This document shows, one piece after another, positions 11,763-21,702 of a stretch of 64,000 nt of DNA; positions within the stretch are counted from its first letter, which is position 1; every line of letters begins with the position of its first letter. A model generated the notes under the pieces. That model was not told the origin of the DNA. It searched no databases and was given only the letters and a program-made list of their open reading frames with translations. The DNA is taken from NCBI GenBank assembly GCA_965645245.1, contig OZ287080.1, positions 434,001 to 498,000 on the forward strand. Direction: 5' to 3'. The translations under genes were made by a program, and so were the position numbers. This DNA is from Massalongia carnosa. Its lineage: Eukaryota.

Positions 11763-12302
11763 AGTCTTGAATGGCGCGGTTCGAATGTCTCTTGCTGTAA
11801 TGACTATAAGTGCTAGCCAATACAGGTCAACGCTGTCAAGGCCGGTAATAAATCTTCCCATATAGCTGGAGAATTCAGGTTCCAAAATACGCTGCTGAAT
11901 GCAAAAAACGATCGCTGTGTTCTTTGAGTTGTATGTCAGCCTGTGTCGTTAGGAAATAGCTTCTCTCTTTGATGATTTGGGAGTCATTGTAACACGGTCT
12001 TATAAGCTAGAGGCCCACGCCTATACTCTATGAAAATGATTCGCTACATAACATGATGAAGAGAGGGGAACGATTTAAACAGCCTCAGTGCTGTCTACGC
12101 AGCTCATTGTGCCATCTGGGAGCGAATCCCTATTGGTCGGCAGGTGACAAAGCCTGAGGCTCTTGCCTGGTTCAGGCAGCTATCCGGCATCAACCCCCAC
12201 TACTCCCGTGAGGTTTGACACAACCCACCGTCAAGCTTATTTACCATCCAGATCCTCCAAGCCCGAGCTTCATCAGCTGACGATCCCAATTCTTCTTTTT
12301 CC

Positions 12303-13729
12303 ATGGCGCCCTGCTTTGATAGCGACTTCTACTCCCTTCTGTATGTCACTCCCGAAGCCTCCAGCAAGGAAATTAAGGACGCATACCGGCGGCTAGCTCT
12401 CCTCCGCCATCCAGATAAGAACCCCGGTAACCCAGGGGCTTGCGCCGAATTCCAAAAGGTATGAACCACGGGATGTGCGGAGAAAAGGGCTAAAGTGCGG
12501 GATTCAAGCTACAAGAAGCGTATGACACGCTGTTCGATGAGAATCGACGGATACTGTACGATGCCAAATTTAAAGCTTCAAGGTTCCAAAGATCCTCAAG
12601 TGCTCCCACCTGGTCAACAGCGGATGTGTTTCAAGAGAAGCTAAGGAGGGAGAAGGAAGAAAAGGAATGGGCGGACAAGCAACGCGTAGCCACAGAAAAT
12701 TTCGAGCGGGCAAAGAGGGATGTGGAAGCTATCGCCGCAGCCATCGACGCCTGGAGCCGATTGGAGCGAGAGAGGATTGAGAAGGAAAAGCAAGGTCGGG
12801 GGTGGTGGACGTATCTCACCTTCCTTGGGACGGCTCAGAGAGTTGAAGAGACGGCGGAAGAGAAGACTGCCCGGCGGCAAGAAGAGCTTCATCAGCAAGC
12901 GAGCCGGTCGATAAAGCTTCATCGAGCGAAAGACGAACTGCGGCAGCGCGAGGCCGAAAAAGCGCGAGTGCTACTCCAATGGAAACAAGCCAAGGACCGA
13001 GATATTCGAGAGCGCGAGACGAAGGAAAGAGCGGCCAAGGCGAAAGAGGCGACCGAGAGAACGGCAAGGCAGCAGGACGAGGCCAGAGCAAGAGAAGCAA
13101 TGCGGAAAGCAGCGCAGGAACGGGCGCGCAAGGTGCAAGAAGCTGAGGCCGAGGCGGAGAAAATCGCCGCGCAGAAGCGAGCCGAGAGAGAGAGCGAGAG
13201 AGAGGAGTGGCGGGCGCGAGAGCGGATACGGGAACGACTCGTGAAGCTTTCCGAATCGGCTCCAGCAGCAGGAAAAGCAAAAGCCGAAGCCGCGAAACCG
13301 TCTACCAGACCCCCACCGCCGTTCAACCCCAACACCTACGTCCCCCCTCAACAAAGGCCACGGCAGCGATTCGAGCCCACCCCTCCCTCCCACGATCAAT
13401 CCAAACCGTCCACCAGACCCTCTCCACGCGAAGGCCACACCACTCAGCAAAAGCCACGACAGCGCGCCAGACCCGCGCCTTCCGTCGCCGAACCTCGATT
13501 CGGAATCGACCCGCGCGCCAATCCCGAGCTCTATCATTTCTTCCAAGACCGGGAACGCAAGGCCGCGGCTACAGCGGCATCGTGCGCTCACTCGCGCTAC
13601 TGGCCGAAAGTGGCGGGCCGCCAGCAGTGCGGCGTGTGTGCGCAGACGCTGGGGCGCTTTCTCTTGAAGTGTCCCGGGTGCGGCGTCCTGGCGTGCGTGG
13701 ACTGCAAGAAGGAGCTGTGCGCGGGGTGA
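12303..13729 (+). CDS. DnaJ-domain protein with coiled coil and C-terminal Cys/His zinc-ribbon
   Basis: Exon 1 (missed by the ORF track) reads [13 protein letters not shown]...[18 protein letters not shown]...EFQK. Intron 12459-12508 is followed by LQEAYDTL, which runs into the 367-aa ORF ending CAH..CGVC..CPGC..CVDC. Confidence 0.85.
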
Positions 13730-14929
13730 TGTGGGGGTGGTGGGGTTAGAGGGGAAGGGAGTGAAGGGAAGATGTGTTGTATTATCAGAAGAAACGAACG
13801 GAGGAAGAAAGATTCCTAAAAATTCAACGGAGCGGATGGTTTTACTTTCCGGAAGGAGATGGTCATTTCTTTTTCTTCATTTATCTTTTTTTTCATTTTT
13901 CCTCATTCTATTCCTTCTCCGTTTAACCTTCTCCCTCCTCTTTCCTACCAACCCCATTCCTCATCATCATATCTCACGAAAGAACCGCGATTACTACATC
14001 CGAGCCGATATGTTCCAATACCTCGTAATCATCAAACGAGAGCCGTCTCTCTATCTGGCTGGCCGGTTGATTCTTCTTCAGCTGGTGGTGGTTATGGCGG
14101 GAAAGGAAAGGAGGCTAGGTATGTTATCGGGCTGCTTTGGGCTGCGGGGGAAGGGTGGGTTATTATGTATGGGATAGAGTCATTCATGAACGTGGTCCCT
14201 GAAATGCTACGAAATATCTGCGTGGTGGATCAGATGAGGAGTGTCTCGGATGAAAATTATGTTGGGGATCACTAGGTTTTTGTTTGTAAGGTTTTTCCGT
14301 AAGGCAGATATGAATAAAAAAGGACCTCAGCCAGCTCTAAACCGCAAGCACGGTGCAGTGCGGCGCGGTGTAACGGCCACTTGTGAAAGACGTTAACTGC
14401 TATACTTTAAATACTCCACGGCTCGCATAGTCTTTCCTGACGTACTTATTCTCAGCCCCCAGCCATAACTACTACAAGCACCAAAACCCGAAACTCGGGG
14501 CCCAGAAATCTCGGCTATTTAGCTAATGCGGGCTTTGGGCACCCAAAACCGAGAGGTTGGGTTTGCTATGAGCGAATGGCCAAAGAGAAATATAAAAACA
14601 TGCTTGGCTGGCTGACTGACCGCGAATCGAACCTGATCAGTCGCATTGATTTGCCAGATATGCATATCTGATCGATTGGTGCTCTGTTGGAATCAACTCA
14701 AGTTCTGTGAGGCGGCCGTTTAGATGTCTCGAAGATTCCCCCGTATGCTTGATATCGTTCCGTTGGTCCAAATAGTCCTGGGGAGAGAAAGTAGTTTTAT
14801 GCAGCTCGAGGGAGTTTTAGTTATTTGTTTGCAAAGCCAATTCATTCCTTGTAGTGTACTTACACTGTTGACACAACAAGCTTTGGAGGAAATCCCAGCT
14901 TGCTAAGTGAGCCCTTCCTCTACTCACTC

Positions 14930-16480
14930 TAGAGCTATGTGTCTATCGCTACCTCTCCGGGAGTCTTCCGATCCTTTGGCCGATACTGCAGCATGGACCG
15001 AAGAAAAGACGCCAGCCTTAGCGTGTCATCTTCTGAAAGAAACGGGTTCTTTTGAAAATTGATGACTCGCTCAAGGGAGGAGGGATACATCTGGTGGATA
15101 TGTGATTAACTTCCTAACGCAACATAAAGTATAAAAGCACCTTGATCAGCATAACTACTCAGGTAAAAGAGGCAAAGGTTCCTGTATACCGTTGTCGTCG
15201 AAATAAGACCTTGAGCATGTCTCCTCTTTTATGAAATCCCTAGGGATGGGACCGAAAAGCTCTATCATTTCAGCCAAATGATCTTCCTCCGCCGTCCACG
15301 CACCAGTCGGGTCCAGCCGGCCCTTGAATAGCACTCTGCCTTGCAACAGCTCATATATCTAGTCATCCAGGAGCCATTCATGGAATTAAGGACAGTGATA
15401 GCCGAAGAACTAACCACGCATGCTGCGCTCCATATGTCAACACTGGTGTCCCAACCGGCACCATGTATAACTTCTGGTGCTCGGAGAGAGGGTAGCTGTA
15501 TAAGCTCAGTCAGATGGTTGTTGGTCCACGAGGCTTGAGAAATTATCAAAGTTAGCCTTTCGTTTCAGCTTTTGGATGCAGTCACCTGCTCCTCACTTAC
15601 CGACGCCGAAGTCCGCGATTTTGATTTGAATGCCGGATATGAAGTTGACGGTTTGTGTGGTAGTAGGTTCAGAGCTACTCGACCCATAAGGATGACGGCT
15701 TAGGTGATTTCGGACTACAGATTCGACATCATTAATTTCAATCATTATATTCAGCGGTTGAATGTCTATCAGAAAGATCAGGTGGTCAGTAAGCAGAATT
15801 TGTGGAGCAAAAGACTGGCAGAGACCTGTATGCACGACTTCGCAGGAACCATGTAAATAATCTAGTCCTAGCAAGAGCTGTCTGGCAATCTGCTTTACCA
15901 GGTCAACCGGTAGCTTGTGGCCGTCGTACCGGCGTCCCAGCTCAACAAGGTTCTCGCCCATCACCTCAAACACCAAGCAGACATAAACACCATGAGGTCC
16001 TGTATGTCGAAACTCGTCCAGGAGGCTAACCACATGTTTGTAGCCAGGATGTTTGGGATTAGCAATCTTGATATGCCGCAAAATGCTTAGTTCGTATATG
16101 TCATTCTTCCCCCGTATGAATCAGCTGTCAGGATCTTCAGCGCAACATGACGGTTTTTCCTTGGCACGATTAGCTCGATAAGCTCAGGTTGTGAGTCGAG
16201 AAGACGGAATCTCACCTTGCATCTTGTGCAAGTCATACCGTGGAGTGTTGACCATACCCGAGCTTTCGTATGATCCGATATCTATGATTGAACACCTCTC
16301 CAATTTGTACAGGATGGTAACCGTCTGGACAATATCGCTGGAGCGCTTCTTCGAGTCTTGGGGTCTTCTCAGCGTGTACGCCAATAGTAGTAGTCAGAGA
16401 ACGAAACGTCTACCTATGATACAGGGTACTGAGAGGCGTCAGTGGGCCTAACAGTCTTCGCTCAACCAACATCCATGGAC
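14930..16480 (-). pseudogene. SRPK-like (Sky1/Dsk1-related) protein kinase pseudogene
   Basis: Exons encode GYHPVQIG, RKLGYGQHSTV*LA, VALKI, HTD..QPLN, IADFG, LRAPEV and DIWSAAC. Lesions: TGA at 16233-16235, a 1-nt frameshift in the G5 run at 16109-16113, TAA at 15106-15108 and TAG at 14935-14937. The start position is approximate. Confidence 0.8.
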
Positions 16481-17687
16481 ATGTCAGCGGATTGCGAGCG
16501 AAGCCAGCAAAACGAACGTGAGGCGTCCCCAATGACCGATGCATGAGAAAGTAGTTGAACTAATGGAATTTGTCGCGGCTCTTGGCGCTCCATAACTCAT
16601 CGGCGGTGCGATTCTCTTGAACCTTTAAACCTATAACATGAGGTTACGTGAAACGATAAAAAACATAGAACCAGATGACTAATGTTCCTACTGGAGTTCT
16701 CCGGCTTCTTTACTCCGTAGTAAGTAGGGCTAACGTTAACGTCAATGGCATACTCGGTGCTCGGTACTCGGTAGTTACTCGGTAGAAGCGTGCAGCTTTC
16801 TTCGCTACCGAGAGCCAATGTGCGTAACGTGGTAACCAAAGATAACTTACAGGACGGAGTACTTCGTACCGCTAGTTACATTTGTTTCGAGTTTTTCCAA
16901 CGGGAGGACAATCCTATGTAGGAAAGATTGCAGATGAGGGAAGGAGAAAGGGAAGGATGAGAATGAGAAGAGGAGTCTCATGAATATTTCAAGAGATGGA
17001 TGTTTTTATTGCTCAAGTGTTATAAGAACATTTCGATTCAAGTAGTCGGTGCCGCTTTCTCAAGTCTCGTTCTCGTACGTCCGATCTGATACAGCAGCTA
17101 GCACTCTTAACCAAATGTCCTCGACTCCCATTCTCTCGAACGATCTCTTTCCTGTACCTTCCTTGATTGAGACCCATCAAGATCTTCCGATTCATGTATC
17201 CTAAGTCCGAGCAAATGGTGGCGTGGGTGACGACTACCAGATGTGCATGCGGGGGCGAATGGTACCCAGCTGCGAAACCTACGCTCTCCTTCCCTCGCAA
17301 CCATTTTCACTAGGCACATCAAATCAAGATGGCCTTGTGCACTCCATTCGCTCTCTTGGTGACAGTAAACCGACTCTTGGGGATCGAGTGCTCAGGACGT
17401 CGATGGGCTAAAGATTAAATGGGAATAACAACGACAATGCCAAGGAATATAGAGCACGTTTGCGCACATATCCATCCCACCACAAAAAATACCCACAAGA
17501 GAAGCGAACGCCACTGGGGAAGATCAGCTCTGGCCCAGCATGTTACATGTATAAATCTACTGGCTGATCCAAAACTACCGAACCTTTTTTCTTCTTTCCT
17601 CCTTCCGAACCAACGATATCGAGTCCCAAGCGCAAACATAAGCTGCATTCCCGTCCCAAAGGACCTTGACTCGATCAAAACCTCATC

Positions 17688-18540
17688 ATGCAGTACATCC
17701 ACCTGCTCCTGCTCCTTGCAGCTTTCCACCTCGCCGCTGCTCATTTCTCCATCGACTACCCCTACTGGCGCGGCGATTCCTTCCTCCCCCCCGCCACTCA
17801 ATGGGAACATCCCTGTAACCTTCTCCTCATCATCATCCCCTCCACCCAACTTACCCCTTCGCAATAGGTGCTGGAATCAATCAATCCATCTCCAACAACA
17901 ATCGCACCAAATGGCCCCTTACCGGCGGCTCCGTCCAGCTAACCGTGCACCACCCGTGGGCCATTACTTACATTAACCTTGGCCTCGGCGGCGACAACAC
18001 CACCGTCTTCAACATCAGCCTTGTGGCCGGCTTCAACCAGACCGGTAACGGCACCTTTTGTATCCCGCACGTGCTCCTGCCTAACGACGTGAGTGTGGCG
18101 GCTGGGGCGAATGCAAGTGTGCAGGTTGTGCAGATTGGGGAGACGGGAAGTGCCTTGTATAACGTGAGTCGATCTTTCTTTATATCAACCACGCTGTCTT
18201 GTCTGTCTTGTCTGCATCGAACATGTACCTACCCGGCAAAGAAACATCCGAACAAACCACACCCCTTCTGAAAACCCCGCAGTGCGCCGACATCACCTTC
18301 GCTCCCGACGCGAAACTCCTCTCCACCTCCCTCTGCGCCAACTCTACCGGCGTCGGCGGTGTTCCCATCGTCTCCGCTTCTTCCCCTTCCTCTTCCTCCT
18401 CGTCGTCCAATTCTTCGTCCAACTCGTCGGCGGCGGGCGGAAAATCCATGGGCTCCGGGGCGGGTGATGGAGGGGTGGGGAAAGCGGTTTGGGTTGCGTT
18501 TGTAGCGTTAGCGCTGGCGCTGGTGGTGAGGATTGGGTGA
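17688..18540 (+). CDS. GPI-anchored BIM1/X325-like (LPMO-like) copper-binding protein
   Basis: Spliced model with introns 17815-17867 and 18164-18282. The signal peptide is followed by an N-terminal His (HFSIDYPYWRG...HPC), then RTKWPLTGG, VHHP, GTFC, ALYNCADITF, a Ser-rich stalk and a hydrophobic GPI signal. Confidence 0.85.
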
Positions 18541-19067
18541 GATGCGTGATGGTTGCGTGGTAGGGTTATTTGGCTGGCGGGTTAGACGAGGAGGGGATGC
18601 ACGAGCAAGGGGGCAGAGGAGAGGGTAGGATTCGTCGGTGCAAGAAAAACGGGAAGGTTTAAGAGAAAACTCTCACATTTCGTGCCATGTGGTTGCAATG
18701 GATTCTGGGTTGATCGATTGATTATGAAAATGACAAGAATGATCACATTCCCTTATCTTACTCCCTTTTCGGCTTTTTCGTTTCGTTCTGCTTTTCTTCT
18801 TTCACAGAGTAAAGATAGCTATCAGTCAACTTGTCTAGTTATCGTAAATCAACAAACACAAAGGTTTGCTACAGATCGCTCAAAGAGCAGAGAGCCCATT
18901 CAGGGGAAGTACGCAGGACAATATTTCCCGGCGGTCCGCGACATGTGTGATCGAAACCCCAGATCCAACGCTTCGGTTTCTCTCCTCTTCCTCCTCCTAC
19001 TACATCGTTTGCTTGCGTCTCTCGACCCGCCACGACTTCCCCTGCGTCAAACACACCAGAGAGTCTC

Positions 19068-19776
19068 CTAAGGCTGAGTGCTCGGTTCGTCAGGGTTGAT
19101 GTCCCCGACGTTGTCCAGCCGGAGATTGCCCAGACCGGGGATGTTGGTTAACAGATCGTTGACGTTCGAGCTGGGGGTGGTGTTCGGCGACCAGTCCAGC
19201 TTGTCACTCCAATACGTGCTGAGCATGTTGGAGCCATCCGTCACTTGGCCCTCGGGGGGGGTTTCTGTCACTCCCTCTTCGGGAGTTGCGAACGGGCCCT
19301 TGACGTCCAGGGGTTTGCTATTCTTCGTGGAGGGGCTAGGCTGTACTGGCTCATCCATGGGGTTAAGTAAGTCTTGACTAGGGCCTAATATGCCACTTGG
19401 GGATTCGGGGCCGCCCGGGACATAATTGCTCTCCGATTGATCAACGCCGTCTATCACACAACACTGGATTTCCGATGAAAGACCAAAGCAAAGGTCTCTA
19501 TAATAGACAGTTAGCCTTGAAAAGTAGAATTTAGATGGATGATGAGATATACCTCCTGCTGACGAACTTTCCGCCTTTACAAGGATGGACAACGTTCTGG
19601 CAGAAAGAGTTGATTTGGTCCAACTTAGCGCCACCACATCGAAACCGATTTTCCGTTATTGGTGGTTTCCAGCAACATTGTAGGGATCTATCTATCGATT
19701 GTCGAGCGTTGTCAGCGGACAATGAACATACAAGAGGGGGAAAAGATGAGATTACCATAAGCGCAATCGGATGCAC
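19068..19776 (-). CDS. Putative secreted Cys-rich protein with acidic Pro/Ser/Thr tail
   Basis: The 81-aa and 189-aa ORFs join in frame through a GTATAT...GCTAAC...TAG intron (~19498-19552). The product has 8 Cys (CC..C..C..C..C..CC) followed by a low-complexity tail. The signal peptide is weak. Confidence 0.5.
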
Positions 19777-20662
19777 TAAAGGCTAGTCCGAAGACTGAAC
19801 ATTCAGAAGGATCTTGGACGCATTTTCCAGAGAAAGGGATTGCAGTAGCATATTTGCTGGTCTGGAGTAAATCAGTGACATACGCGCGGACCAGTCAAGT
19901 TGCAATAACCAGAACGTTGCATTCATCTCCAATTTTTTTAGTAGCTACCTGAGGCAAGCCAGAGACCAGATCAACGACCAAGAGCACAGCAGGAACGAAA
20001 AGCGAGCGCATGATGGAAACTCAAGATGATTTAAGGGGAGAAGGTGAAATATGTTTTGGCAATGTTTGGATGAAACAATTCAAGTGGAGAAACAACTGAC
20101 TCCTTATACTTGAAGTACACGGAATCCTTCCTCGCCTTTGAAACGTAGCTGATAGATTTTAGCCCGTTTTCCTTCAAACCTCGACATCGACTTTCTGTCC
20201 TCCACAGTGTAGCCAATAAGAAGGCGACTAAACCATGTACGGGAACTTGTGAAACGCAGATCTTCGAATCTGGCCAGCTTTGAGGACGGGATCTGGAACC
20301 TGATGCGAGATGCATGAAAGATGCTGTGTACTCCGTACGGCTCAACAATGTTGCCAAGGCCCGAAAGGATAAGACGCATTGGCCTAAAAAGAATGAACCG
20401 TCGTGTCTAGGAGGAACGGCATCAACAGGCTTCAAAGGCACTTACTATTCTGCAAGGCTTTATCACGGTTAGTGATAGCATGAGGATATCATGAGGTTGT
20501 CATTAAGATTTCCACCGTTCCTATACAGTACACAGTAGCTTCCCTGGCGATATATCTGTTTTCATTCTTCTTCGTGACAAGAGGTAAGCACTTGCACTCA
20601 TATTCTGCACAGAGTAACTATAACGACAGTGTATATAGTACTTCATTACAACTAAGAGTTAT

Positions 20663-20905
20663 TGTAGGTACCAAAAGGGGGATTCCAGAAGGGGATTCTA
20701 GGGGGATTCTAGAAGGAAGGGGACTAGCCAGATAAGGCTAGAATGGAATGGATCGGAAGGGCTAGAACAAGCGGGCACGTGCTTATCACGTGTTCGCCCA
20801 CTATAGATAGTAGCCCTTCCCAGATAGAATCCATTCATCATCCACCAAACCAAGCACCAAGACGTAGTCATCGTATTACGCCAGGTGCAGGTAGGTGGAC
20901 CCACA
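20663..20905. mobile_element. Solo LTR (243 bp) with 5-bp TSD GTTAT
   Basis: It starts TGTAGGTACCA and ends TGGACCCACA (TG...CA, imperfect inverted ends). GTTAT flanks it at 20658-20662 and 20906-20910. Internal GGGGATTCYAG repeats are present. Confidence 0.8.
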
Positions 20906-21702
20906 GTTATAGTTGACTGAAATCAAGCGAGAGCGACAACCCCATAAGACATTCGAATCATACCGCTGATAGCCACTTTCGACAAGGCAAACTTTGTTTT
21001 CACTCCTCAAAGCCCAATTGGACCAGACGAACAGGATAACATCATCCGCATCGGATTGTTCCTATTGCGCTTCTCTTTAGTTCATGATGTGGCGTTCTTG
21101 GCGGGGCCCAGCTCTCTTCGCTTGGGTCCTTTTCCTCAAAAACCCACGAATGAAGTTCTTCTAGGGTCCCTTAGGGTGTCACTAAACTTGAACGCTTCTC
21201 GTCCCATGATACTCGTCCGCCTGTTTTCGTTCGTCCTGCCCGTTGGGTCGTGATCCTCCTGGATGCTGTTGCTCACAGTGATGCATATTTTCCATGGTAT
21301 CTGTACAGTGTAAAATGTATAGTGTACAGAGCAGAGATCATTCTCGAGAATTGGCGCTCAAGGGACCGAAATGAGTATCGAACAGATTTGTATGAGTCAG
21401 CCCATCAATTAATCTTCTTTCGGTCCACCTCGTCGAGGTCGAAAGGAGATCTCCTTCCTGCATGAGCTAATGCAGGAATGCTCTCATTCCGCTGCAATGG
21501 TGACTCTAGTGACAGAAGCACTGGAAAATCCGTTGGCTGTTCTTCACCTTTAAAGTCAACAACAAGTTTCAGAAGCACTCCTGCACCTCCCAGCCCAGAT
21601 CGCGTTTAACTTTATTCTCCATTTCTATACTGCTTTGCTTCCTTTGAATTCCACCCATCCACTGCCTCCTTTTCTCAGGATTTTGCTTGTATACTTCGCA
21701 AC

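Noticed and set aside
14369..14722. Solo LTR starting TGTAACGGCC
   Set aside because: The matching end GGCCGTT lacks the terminal CA and no TSD was found.
5994..19776. Secondary-metabolite gene cluster around the FAD oxidoreductase
   Set aside because: No PKS, NRPS, terpene synthase, DMATS, transporter or repeat-type RiPP precursor is recognisable.
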